From Histomonas meleagridis 2922-C6/04-290x (lineage: Eukaryota > Protista > Parabasalia), in contig JAANOX010000123.1 in the NCBI GenBank assembly GCA_020184695.1, positions 1 through 45,336 of the forward strand: 45,336 nt of DNA. The letters run 5' to 3'. The translations under genes and the position numbers were made by a program. The notes beneath the pieces are model-generated. The model was not told where the DNA came from, made no database searches, and saw only the letters and a list, made by a program, of their open reading frames with translations. Shown here in pieces: positions 1-10,045 of this stretch (the stretch's first letter is position 1; each line of letters begins with the position of its first letter).

Positions 1-2
1 TT

Positions 3-3000
3 CAATTATTAAAAGAATTATCAATTAATTGTCCGATTACAATTGTTCAAAACATTAGTAAATATGCTACGATCTTAATACAAACCAAAATCACTAAAGA
101 TTATGTCCAAATAATACCACCATTATTTACTAAGATACCAAATTTATGGTATCAAATCATGCCGACATTTATTGAATCATTACCTAAGAAGTTAAATGAA
201 GTCGAAGGCACTGAAATACTTGAATTTATTTCATTATGTCCGAATATAAATTCACCAGAGTTAATACATCAATTAGATCTTTTATTATTAACATCAGATC
301 CATTAATTCGAAGTTATGTACCACGCGCTTTATTATCTCAATTTAAATATGATAATAACCCAACATTAATCGGAACCATTTATAAGTTAATAACAATATC
401 GTTGACTGATCCTGATCCTAAAGTTCGAGAGATGACATTAAAATCATTTCCTGAACAATCATATAAATTCTTAACTAAAGATGATATATTTTATAGTATT
501 ACATCATTAGTTAAAGATGAAGATTATAATGTAAGTAATGCTGCAATTGAATTACTTGGAAATATATCAAAAAAATCGCCAATTAATGCTTTAGCTTTTT
601 TAAGGAAATATTTATTAGATTTATTATTTCTAATTGATTCGCCAAGACCTTTACGAATTAAAGAAGAAATGACACGTTCAATATTACCATTATTATCAGC
701 TTCGACTGAAATATTACCAATTTATTCATCAACGTTATGTGATATATCATTTAGACAACTTTCTTTTACACCTATATCAGAAATTACATATTTTGAAGAG
801 AATTTTATAAAGAAGATTAATTTGAATTTAATTAAAGCTATAGGTTTTATAGCAGAAATTAATGTTAAATTAATTGGACCACATTTAACAGAGTTTGTAG
901 ATTATTTCATATATTTATTACAACAACATGGATCTAAACAAATCAAATTAGCAATTGTTACAACATTATTTCCAATTATGAATAATTCGAATGATGATAT
1001 AATAACAGAAGTAAAAAAGAAACAAATGTTAAATGCTTTAATTAGTATACCAAAGAAATATAACTCTAAGAATTTACTTGTAGCAATATTAAAGTTAATT
1101 GGTTTATTAGGAGCAATTGATCAAATCCCAAATGAAATGGAACAATCATCATTTGAAATCGAAGAAGTTAAGTTTAATAATCCATCATATTTTATGTCAT
1201 GTTCATGTAAAGTATTATTATCAGTCTTAAATGATGAATCATTATTATTACATTATTCACAAACTATTAAAGCTTTAGTTTATATATTTTGTAATGATTC
1301 TACATCAACAGAAAATTATTTTAATGAATTTATGAATATTTTTTTAGATCAAATTAAGACACAAATGTCATCGGAATATATGGAATTATTATGTAAAATA
1401 TGTATTGAAGTACCTTCACAATGGTTAACACCATATTCGACTGATTTTTTTGAATTAATCCAAAAGTTATTTGATACTTCTTTATTAACAAATGTATTAG
1501 ATTTAATTCCAATATTATCAAATGTAATTAATGATAAATTTGCTTCTTTCATGTCTGAATGTATAACACTTTTATTAGATTCATTATATAATTATCAAGA
1601 TTCAGACCCAAAAATTTGTCATAAGATTTATATATCATTAATATCATTAAAATCATTTTCAAGTGATTATTATTTTTTAATATTTCCTGAAATTATTAAT
1701 ATATTATCATCGAATTATACATTACCAGAAGTACAATTAGATTCATTAAATGTTTTAAGGATTTTCATACAAAAAATCGATTGTGGAATATTTTCATCAT
1801 CATTTATGCGATGTGCATTAAAATATGTTAATACTAAAGATATACGAATTAAACAACAATCAATACAAATCATATATTCATTATTAATACGATTAAGGCC
1901 ATTATTTAATTTTTATTCAACCCAAATTATTAATATATTTAAATCTAATAATATATCAACAAATTTTATTGATAATATATGTAATTCAAATTCAACAAAT
2001 TTAAATGATTTTCCTTTTGTAGATCAAACGGATAATTTAACAATAAGGATTAATAAAAAAATTCGTGTAAATAAATCAAATGAAATTGATGAAGAATTAT
2101 TATGTAAAGCGTTTGATTTAAAAGAAGATGAAACGCCATGGAATTGGAAAGAATGGTTTCAAAACTTAATATATACATTATTAAGTCAAAGTAAATCACC
2201 ATCAATTAATTCATGTACATTTTTATGTAATTCATTATTTAATTTATCAGATACATTATGTAATCCGGCATTTTTATCTATATGGCCAAATATATCATTA
2301 AATACACAAATATATATATCAGCTTCTTTAACGAGAGCTTTATTAAGTGAAGCTTTACCAAGTACAATACGATCTTTTTTAGTGAATTTAATAGATTTCA
2401 TGGAAAGATCAGATTATAAAATACCAATATCGAAACAAGTATTATGTAAAAGTTGTGAAATGTGTCAACAATATTCAAACACTTATTATTTCGCTATACA
2501 ATGGTATGAAGAAGAACCAACAAATATTGAAGCAATTGAAACATTAATTAAATTAGCAAATTATATGGGACTTAAAAAGACTATTGAAGGAGTTTTTCGG
2601 AATTTACAAAAGAATAATATAACTTCAAATACTCCAAAATGGTTAGAAAGATTATGTCAATGGAGTTTAGCTTATGAAGCTTATCAACAAAAGCCTTTAT
2701 CATCAGAATCTTTACAAGGGACATTATATTGTTTAAAACATTTACAAAGATGGGATGAAATTATTGAACGAATTCCACAATTTGAAGCACTTGATTTAAA
2801 TGAACAAATTGATTTAGCTCCAATTATAGCTACTGCTTTATTCCATAGACAACAATGGGTTAAATTATCGAAGATTTTAGAACTTTGTCCACAAAACTCA
2901 GTTAAAGTATTAATTATAACTGCTTTAAATTATATTTCTCAAGGGAATAAAGAAAAAGCACTTGAAACAGTATCTAAAGCTTATAATGCATTATCTATAA

Positions 3001-5423
3001 ATGCTCGAGGTGTCTTTAAACATGATAAAACAGCATTATATTCATTGTTAATTAAAGCACAACAATTATATGAAGTTACAGAAATAGCAGAAAATAAAGA
3101 AAATATCGAAAATTGGAGAAAACGATTATCAATATGTCGACAATCATATAAAGTATATCATCAAATTCTTTCGGTACATTTAACAGCATTTTCTGTTAAA
3201 GATTTAATGAAAGATGCATTAAAAATGACAAAACTTGCGTTAGAATCAAATGATTTCCAATTATTTGATTCATCAATGAATTTTTTATTTCCAAACAAAT
3301 CGAATTATACAATTGAAATTGCATTTTTACATGCGAAAGGTAATTGGTATCGTGGTAAATATAATGAAGCATTAATTGAACTTAAAAACATAATCCAAAA
3401 TTATCAAACTAATGACAAGAAATTAAAAGCAAAAATATATTTCACATATGGAAATTGGATAATAACATTAACGAAAAATGATAAATTATATAATACGATT
3501 GAAGGAGCAATGAAATTCTTCGAACGATCAATACAACAAGGTACACATTATTATCATGCATGGGAAACATGGGCATGGGCATCATCTGTATTATTTAACA
3601 ACAACAAAAACAACAAAATTTATGCAATTAATGCTATAAATGGATTTTTGGAATGTATTCGTCTTAGAAAAGAAAGTTCATTATCACAATTATATCAAAT
3701 GATATCATTATACTTTAATAGTGAACTTGATGATGAAACGTTTCAAAAGATTTCATTCAATATTTATCGATTAAATGATTCGGTTTTGTTGAATATAATT
3801 CCACAATTATTTAAGAATTTACATAAAGATAATACACGAGAATCGAAATTTTCGGCACAAATCGTTAACAAATTAATATCAAATCATTTTCATATATTGT
3901 TGTATCCATTGTTGTTTAGTATTAATACATATAATTGTCAAAGCGCTAAGAAAATTATCGAAGATTTTAACTTAGAAAACCCTTTAGCGATTAATCAAGC
4001 TCAAATTATTACAAATGGGTTAATAACTTGTTCAACTTCAATATTAGAAAATTGTAATGATTTAATTATTAATTCGATAAAATGTTTCCAAAGTAATAAA
4101 TATATAAATATAAAACAAAATTTAATAAATTGTTTTAACTTATTAAAGAATTATAATAATAAAAATGATAACATACAATTTATTAATGAATTAAAGATAG
4201 AAATTAGTAACTTAATAAATGAAAAAAATGTATTCTTACAAAATAAAAAGTTACAAATTTTATTAATGAAAATTAAACAATATTTAAATACAATTCATTC
4301 GGTACAAATGGATTTAATTTCTCCCGAATTATCACAATTAAGAAATTCTATTTTATGTATCCCTGGTACTTATAGTATAACGTCAAATATCATCACTATT
4401 TTAAGATTTGAACCAATCCTGGAAATATTTAACTCAAAACAAAGACCTCGTTTAATAAAAGTTTATGGTTCTGATGGTATACAACATCGCTCTTTATTAA
4501 AAGGAAGAGAAGATTTGCGGTTTGACCAATTAATCATGCAATTTTTTCAATTGATAAACCAGTTAATTGTAAGTAAATTTCCCAAAGAAGACAGAAAACT
4601 GAAAATTTACACTTATTCAATTACCCCCCTCTCAAAAAGCGCCGGTTTAATTCAATTCATCGATGGGACCGATACGATGTTTTCGTTAATTAAAGATTAT
4701 AGAATACAAAATAAAATCCCTTTATTTAATGAAAACGATATAATGGAAAAGGATTATGTTCGTAATATAGATATCCTTAGACCTGTTCAACGATTAGAAG
4801 CCTTAAGATCAACAATCGACCAAACAAAAGATACTGATTTTAGAGAAATAATATGGTGTACATCAAAGAATTCACGTGAATGGATCTATAGAGTATTATC
4901 ATTTTCACAATCAGCAGCTATAATGTCCATAATAGGATATATTATTGGAATTGGAGATCGACATCCATCAAATATAATGATACATCGAAACAGTGGAAGT
5001 ATTATACATATTGATTTCTCCGATTGTTTCGATGTCTTAAGTCGAAGAATTCAATGGCCCGAATTCATACCATTTCGATTAACTCGAATGATCACTAAAG
5101 CGTTTGGGCCGAATGGATACGAAGGAGACTTTAGAATAACATCCGAAGAAACATTGAAAATGGTTCGCGAAAGTAAAGAGAGCGTTATAGCTGTGCTGGG
5201 CATCTTCTTGGAGGATCCGGAAGAGAAGAAAATCATTTGCCAAGAAGATAACGTGTTGATTCCGATTGAAGAGTCAATCGAAATTGCGCATAATAAGATA
5301 AAAGGAATTGTCGTGGATGATAATGAGTTAAATGTACAGGAACAGGTCGAAATGTTAATTAATAAGGCGACAGATTTATATAATTTGGCTCATCTACATA
5401 AGGGATGGAACCCACTGTGGTAA
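3..5423 (+). CDS. TOR: TOR-like PIKK kinase (HEAT-FAT-FRB-kinase-FATC), 5' end outside the window
   Basis: The frame is open from base 3 (QLLKELSINCP...) into the ORF-track M at 159. Motifs: SKQRPRLIKVYGSDG, LLKGREDLR, GIGDRHPSN catalytic loop, IHIDFSDCF, PFRLTRM, and a FATC-type end NLAHLHKGWNPLW*. Confidence 0.93.
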   Translation, partial: QLLKELSINCPITIVQNISKYATILIQTKITKDYVQIIPPLFTKIPNLWYQIMPTFIESLPKKLNEVEGTEILEFISLCPNINSPELIHQLDLLLLTSDPLIRSYVPRALLSQFKYDNNPTLIGTIYKLITISLTDPDPKVREMTLKSFPEQSYKFLTKDDIFYSITSLVKDEDYNVSNAAIELLGNISKKSPINALAFLRKYLLDLLFLIDSPRPLRIKEEMTRSILPLLSASTEILPIYSSTLCDISFRQLSFTPISEITYFEENFIKKINLNLIKAIGFIAEINVKLIGPHLTEFVDYFIYLLQQHGSKQIKLAIVTTLFPIMNNSNDDIITEVKKKQMLNALISIPKKYNSKNLLVAILKLIGLLGAIDQIPNEMEQSSFEIEEVKFNNPSYFMSCSCKVLLSVLNDESLLLHYSQTIKALVYIFCNDSTSTENYFNEFMNIFLDQIKTQMSSEYMELLCKICIEVPSQWLTPYSTDFFELIQKLFDTSLLTNVLDLIPILSNVINDKFASFMSECITLLLDSLYNYQDSDPKICHKIYISLISLKSFSSDYYFLIFPEIINILSSNYTLPEVQLDSLNVLRIFIQKIDCGIFSSSFMRCALKYVNTKDIRIKQQSIQIIYSLLIRLRPLFNFYSTQIINIFKSNNISTNFIDNICNSNSTNLNDFPFVDQTDNLTIRINKKIRVNKSNEIDEELLCKAFDLKEDETPWNWKEWFQNLIYTLLSQSKSPSINSCTFLCNSLFNLSDTLCNPAFLSIWPNISLNTQIYISASLTRALLSEALPSTIRSFLVNLIDFMERSDYKIPISKQVLCKSCEMCQQYSNTYYFAIQWYEEEPTNIEAIETLIKLANYMGLKKTIEGVFRNLQKNNITSNTPKWLERLCQWSLAYEAYQQKPLSSESLQGTLYCLKHLQRWDEIIERIPQFEALDLNEQIDLAPIIATALFHRQQWVKLSKILELCPQNSVKVLIITALNYISQGNKEKALETVSKAYNALSINARGVFKHDKTALYSLLIKAQQLYEVTEIAENKENIENWRKRLSICRQSYKVYHQILSVHLTAFSVKDLMKDALKMTKLALESNDFQLFDSSMNFLFPNKSNYTIEIAFLHAKGNWYRGKYNEALIELKNIIQNYQTNDKKLKAKIYFTYGNWIITLTKNDKLYNTIEGAMKFFERSIQQGTHYYHAWETWAWASSVLFNNNKNNKIYAINAINGFLECIRLRKESSLSQLYQMISLYFNSELDDETFQKISFNIYRLNDSVLLNIIPQLFKNLHKDNTRESKFSAQIVNKLISNHFHILLYPLLFSINTYNCQSAKKIIEDFNLENPLAINQAQIITNGLITCSTSILENCNDLIINSIKCFQSNKYINIKQNLINCFNLLKNYNNKNDNIQFINELKIEISNLINEKNVFLQNKKLQILLMKIKQYLNTIHSVQMDLISPELSQLRNSILCIPGTYSITSNIITILRFEPILEIFNSKQRPRLIKVYGSDGIQHRSLLKGREDLRFDQLIMQFFQLINQLIVSKFPKEDRKLKIYTYSITPLSKSAGLIQFIDGTDTMFSLIKDYRIQNKIPLFNENDIMEKDYVRNIDILRPVQRLEALRSTIDQTKDTDFREIIWCTSKNSREWIYRVLSFSQSAAIMSIIGYIIGIGDRHPSNIMIHRNSGSIIHIDFSDCFDVLSRRIQWPEFIPFRLTRMITKAFGPNGYEGDFRITSEETLKMVRESKESVIAVLGIFLEDPEEKKIICQEDNVLIPIEESIEIAHNKIKGIVVDDNELNVQEQVEMLINKATDLYNLAHLHKGWNPLW

Positions 5424-5927
5424 GCAACTAACTGTTCTTATGTTTTTATATAAAAATTATTGAGAATAATGTGTTTGTTGAAACAAATTTAATGTTTTCC
5501 ATTTGCATTTAGAAAGATAAAAAATTTTTGCTTATAGATTTGGTTCTGATTTTTTGATTATATTTGTTATCTTGATAATTTTAGTTGTATTAATGTGCTC
5601 TTGTTGATACAATATTTATTCACTATATTTTTGTTAATTAATATTGAAGATAAAAGAATTCGTAAATAATTTCTTCAGCAATTTGATAAAAAAAGTTTTC
5701 TTTATTGATATTTGTTTGTTTAACATATGAAAATCGATTTATTTAATATTTTATCCAAAAAGAATAATGGTATTCATTTCGCTTCAGATCACTATCCTCG
5801 TTTTATCCTAGCCAAATCATAGGAAATTCTTAGATCCGAGTGGTACCACCGATTTTCAATTATAAAAAATATTTGCAAAAATTATTGTAGATTGAATAAG
5901 ACATTTCAATTTTGAGACATATTTTTT

Positions 5928-5938
5928 TCACTTCATTT
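5928..5938 (+). promoter_or_regulatory. Parabasalid initiator (Inr), TCACTT/TCATTT
   Basis: tcacttcattt ends 5 nt before the ATG at 5944 and matches the trichomonad Inr consensus TCA(C/T)T(T/A). Confidence 0.7.
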
Positions 5939-5943
5939 TTAAA

Positions 5944-6921
5944 ATGGTGAAGATAGAAAATCCAGTTGGTACACTAGATGATAAAGCAAGATCAGGTGTT
6001 AAGGATGATGTTAGATGTGGTTTCTTAAATTGGCTCACATCTTTTGTTGTCGAAGGTGATGATGGTGAAACATATTGTTGTGGAGGTTCAATACTTTCTT
6101 TAGCAGTTGGACAACTTGATATTCTTTCGATTGGTCTCTCTAAAGGATTTGGTAAAGCTCATCAACTTCCATCTTCCATTTATAAGGTTGGTAGATATCC
6201 AGGTTATACATTTAATGAACTTATCAAACAGCCAAAAGGTACACTTAATATTGAAAGATTATAAGATAAAGTCATTGTTACATGTGGCCCACAATTTAAA
6301 GTTGAATGTAATGCAGATCATTCATGGCATTTATTCATTGATCTTCCAGGAAAGAATTATAAAGCTTAACTTTGGCATCGACCACAAGGCTTTCCATTAT
6401 GGTATGGAAGAGATAAACCTTCATATCTTACACAACATTCTATTACATATGGATATAATTGATCCAGTCAAGTTGATGGTTGGCTTGATTATGAAGGAAA
6501 GGCTTTGGCATGCGAGAACGTTATGTTGCTGTTGATAGTTCTGCTTCTGATCTTAGTGGTTGGGAAGATTGAGGATTCATTGCATTTAATGAAATCCACT
6601 CATCTTTATGTGATATGAGAATGGGCATGAAAGATCTCTCTGTTTATGATATCGAAAACAAGAAACACTATCCAGAAGGCAAAATGACTATTACACATGA
6701 AGATTGGCATTTTTACGAGAACTTGAAGGATTTATTCCAACAAAATATAATATAACTATTGAAGTCGAAGATGGCGTTTATGAAGTCCAAGTTGGTAACG
6801 CTACAACATGGGTGAGTTACATTTAAGGTTCCTGATGCCATGGCATGCATATCCAAATATTTTACCTCGCGAACTTTATATTGATGAAGTTAGAACAGGT
6901 GAAAAATTTGATACACTTTAA
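5944..6921 (+). pseudogene. Pseudogene of an AttH/CrtC-like (lipocalin-like double beta-barrel) protein, about 320 aa when reconstructed
   Basis: Protein-like text continues through in-frame stops TAA 6262, TAA 6367, TGA 6460 and TGA 6570, and frameshifts near 6500, 6707 and 6811. Reconstruction: ...GFPLWYGRDKPSYLTQHSITYGYN*SSQVDGWLDYEGK/GFGMRERYVAVDSSASDLSGWED*GFIAFNE...EDW/AFLRELEGFIPTKYNITIEVEDG. Pseudogene status is well supported; the family call is by motif spacing only. Confidence 0.7.
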
Positions 6922-7068
6922 AGTGAAACTCTTACATTTAGCCAATCAGCAGTAAAAAATTGATTGGTAAATAATTTTTTAAAGACTTATAATATTTATA
7001 TATATGAAATAACACAACATACATTTCAAATGTGTTAGAAGATCTTGTAAATGTTTATGAAAAGTTGA

Positions 7069-7290
7069 TTAATTGTCGATACACCACCAGGAAAAGGAGA
7101 TGTTCATCAGCTTATGAACATTGATTATGCTATGGTTGTTTTCACGACTCAAATGAATTAAGAAAATTGGCGTTAATAACTTTTCTGGATTTCAGTGTGG
7201 TTTTTGCAATATAAAAACAGAAATTTTTAAATCTCCAGAATTTGATAATATATTAAAATCACAAAATATCCCACTTCTTGATGAAAGATG
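7069..7290 (+). pseudogene. Fragment of an Mrp/Nbp35/Cfd1-family P-loop NTPase (Fe-S scaffold)
   Basis: Frame starting at 7069 reads LIVDTPPGKGDVHQLMNIDYAMVVFTTQ. After a frameshift/deletion near 7150-7162 it reads KIGVNNFSGFQCGFCNIKTEIFKSPEFDNILKSQNIPLL. These match the family motifs LIVDTPPGTxD-x-H, IVTTPQ and GVVENMSGFxCPxC...IF...PLLG. Confidence 0.8.
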
Positions 7291-7474
7291 GTTCAACGTT
7301 TCTAAATATTATTCCCATTTAGTTTGTCAATTACAGGACAATGATTGTTTCATGAATCACTGTAATACCAAAACTTCACATGAAAATTATATAATTTATA
7401 TAAAAGTGTCATACCTCACAAGTTCAAAAAACGGTCTCTTGTCAAATGGCAATTTTCATAAACTGACCTCAGGG

Positions 7475-9949
7475 ATGGAAAATCATAAACACGAGCTTGT
7501 TGGTGATGTAACAATTGATTCCAAAGGAATTGCAGTTTGTAATGGTGATTGCAGCATTTTAACATATGAAGATTCTGCTTTTTCATTCAACATTATACAA
7601 ATAAAAACAGAAAAAAATCCAAAAATTGAATTTGGTCTAAAAACTCAAAGCGATAACACATTGAAGTTTGATTTTGCAAGTGTTGTTGGTCAGTATCGTC
7701 AAAAAAGCATTTATCCACAAATATCAATTGATGGAATCAATGTAATTATTCACATGCTCATAGAAAACTCAAACTTAGTTATTTTTATAGATAACACAGA
7801 AGTTTCTAAACATGAACTACATGAAATAGGCAATTACAATTTCTTTTTAAATATTTCAAACAGTCAAAAAACCATATTAATTACATCACTAAACACTGAC
7901 CCACTTCCAGCCATTTTCTTCCTAAACCTCCAAAGCACTTTATGGAATTCAAAATTTCATCTTGGAAATGTTAATAACTTTATCACATACAACAGTCAAT
8001 GTCCAGTACGTCCCACTAGTGCAATAGCACTAAATCCACTTAATCCAATTCCCGGGTCAAACGGAATTATTTATTTTGAGTTTACAAAAAGATTTGGAAG
8101 TAATCAAGAAGGCTATCTTTATAAAATTGGACTTAGTACTTCTTCAGACACCAGCAAATCGCCAAGTTCAATGTATTATCAGTCTGTCAATAATTCTATA
8201 GTTCTTGGAGAGAAAGTAATCAAAATCTCTAAAAAGCCCAAAACGTTTGGATTTGGGAATGACCCGCAAAAAGGTCCTTTCTATACATTGGATGGCGAAA
8301 TATTTTATTTTGGAGTTGGTTATAACAAAACTAATTTTTATCCATTTTATCGAACCAAGCATTCCATTCAACAAGAGTTCTATTTGAACTATGGGCAAGT
8401 CCCTTTTGCTTATAAAGGGATACCAACCACCAAAGGTTGGAATTTGTTTACATTCCAACATATCCCACCAATAAAATATGGAATATATCCACATAGACAT
8501 GTTCTTAACTTCTATACTTCTGCTGGAGCTTATGTAGACTATTGCTTACCAATCATGTTTGATAAAATAATGAAAGAAGGTTCATATGAAGTTCATCTTA
8601 TATCAATGTATAAGGAAAATTCCGAGAACCTATATGGAATTGGATTTGGTGATGATAATTATAGAAGGAATAATATGATTGGATGGGATTCTAATTGTCT
8701 TGGCCTTCATTCTGATGATGGCAAAAGTTTTTACGATAACGACGATAAGCAAACGGTCGACCCGTCACTTTTTATACCAGGATTGACAGAAGCCGTTAAC
8801 ATTTCAAAGAATAAAGTTACATACTATATAGATAAAGAGCAATATAAAATATCTAAGGAATATCCTTATGAAGGATATCCAACTATTACAGTTAGAGGAC
8901 CTATTTCATTAATTATAAATATGGGCGAAACTCCATTTTATTACCAAAATGAAGATCAAGAAAATGGGATTCAATTGTTCAACAAATTAAAGGTCGAAAT
9001 GACAAACATGCGTCTTGATAAATTTGAGTTAGAAATTGGTGATATGCTTGAATCAAGAGATCGATCATTTAGAGGAACATTTGTAGGCGAGTTAAATGAT
9101 CGTTTATATTGTACAATTCCAGGATTAAAAGGAGCATATCCCTTAGTAGAAACCGAACCATATGATTTCATGCTTAATTATCGAGTTATTCGACGAAACA
9201 ACTCGAAACCACTTTTTCAATCATTTTTAATCGTCGATTCGTTTTTAACGGTCGATATATCAAAAAGTGACTTTCCAATGGTTTACGCCACACAAAGCGG
9301 TTTATCAACAATGATTGGTACATGTGAAAAAGGTTATGTTTTTCGACCTGTTCAAGATTTGTATAACAACAAAAGTCTTTGTGTTTATAAGGAATTACCA
9401 CCGAAAGTTCCCAATTATAATCCAAGTTTTGAATTTCTTGATGAAGAATATTTTCTTTTTGATATTGTTCTTACCAATGGAAATGATGTTGTTATGCTTC
9501 TTGGCAAGAATGAACAAGATGAAATTGTTAGTTGGAATGGAAACGAATATATTACATTCCAAGAAAAACCTAAAAAAATCATTTGGCGAACATTCGGAAT
9601 TGCGTTTATTCGAAAAAGGCTAATGGAAAAGAATTTGTACTCAAACGGAATGAACATTGGCGGAGTTTCATATCCGCGAAATGTTTTTGCGAACTCAAAC
9701 GACGTGTTCCTGTACAAAGAGGACAACAGAGTTGCGCGAGGACTCAATCCAACGCCCGAACTATTCGAATATTTCACGTCAAGTTTGTGCGAAAAGTTAT
9801 TAGCTGACGAAAATAAAGAGAAAGAAGTTAAAAACGAAAGCAAACAAGACGTAAATTTGAGTTTTGATTGGGTGTATTCTGTTGCAGATGCTGAATACAA
9901 ACCTCAAAACATAAACGAAAACAAATTAACTAAAGAAGTAAAATGGTAA
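7475..9949 (+). CDS. Multi-SPRY-domain protein
   Basis: YGIGFGDDNYRRNNMIGWDSNCLGLHSDDGKSF is RanBP9/Ssh4-type SPRY. Two domain-ending motifs occur: FYLNYGQVPFAY and IINMGETPFYY. The start is placed at MENHK (7475) because the frame upstream of the ORF-track start (7352) is continuous with the Nbp35-like remnant. Confidence 0.7.
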   Translation: MENHKHELVGDVTIDSKGIAVCNGDCSILTYEDSAFSFNIIQIKTEKNPKIEFGLKTQSDNTLKFDFASVVGQYRQKSIYPQISIDGINVIIHMLIENSNLVIFIDNTEVSKHELHEIGNYNFFLNISNSQKTILITSLNTDPLPAIFFLNLQSTLWNSKFHLGNVNNFITYNSQCPVRPTSAIALNPLNPIPGSNGIIYFEFTKRFGSNQEGYLYKIGLSTSSDTSKSPSSMYYQSVNNSIVLGEKVIKISKKPKTFGFGNDPQKGPFYTLDGEIFYFGVGYNKTNFYPFYRTKHSIQQEFYLNYGQVPFAYKGIPTTKGWNLFTFQHIPPIKYGIYPHRHVLNFYTSAGAYVDYCLPIMFDKIMKEGSYEVHLISMYKENSENLYGIGFGDDNYRRNNMIGWDSNCLGLHSDDGKSFYDNDDKQTVDPSLFIPGLTEAVNISKNKVTYYIDKEQYKISKEYPYEGYPTITVRGPISLIINMGETPFYYQNEDQENGIQLFNKLKVEMTNMRLDKFELEIGDMLESRDRSFRGTFVGELNDRLYCTIPGLKGAYPLVETEPYDFMLNYRVIRRNNSKPLFQSFLIVDSFLTVDISKSDFPMVYATQSGLSTMIGTCEKGYVFRPVQDLYNNKSLCVYKELPPKVPNYNPSFEFLDEEYFLFDIVLTNGNDVVMLLGKNEQDEIVSWNGNEYITFQEKPKKIIWRTFGIAFIRKRLMEKNLYSNGMNIGGVSYPRNVFANSNDVFLYKEDNRVARGLNPTPELFEYFTSSLCEKLLADENKEKEVKNESKQDVNLSFDWVYSVADAEYKPQNINENKLTKEVKW

Positions 9950-10021
9950 TATTATAATTTTTTTGTTTGTTTGTGATTCGATTTACAAAAGAAAATTTGG
10001 AATTTTCCAAATAATTTTGCG

Positions 10022-10028
10022 TCACTTT
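10022..10028 (+). promoter_or_regulatory. Initiator (Inr) TCACTTT
   Basis: tcacttt ends 17 nt before the first ATG (10046) of the HEATR5-like gene. Confidence 0.65.
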
Positions 10029-10045
10029 TCAGGTTGCATAAGCCA

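Noticed and set aside
5520-5830. Partly open minus-strand frame (NEYHYSFWIKY*INRFSY...YQIAEEIIYEFFY)
   Set aside because: It contains stops and no motif, and is compatible with AT-rich intergenic sequence.
5944-6921. Stop-codon reassignment or readthrough (TGA where Trp fits, TAA where Glu/Gln fits)
   Set aside because: The same region has three frameshifts. Conserved proteins (TOR, H3, H4, uL22, EF-1beta) end at TAA at the expected positions, and long ORFs have no internal TGA/TAA. Single-base nonsense mutations explain it.
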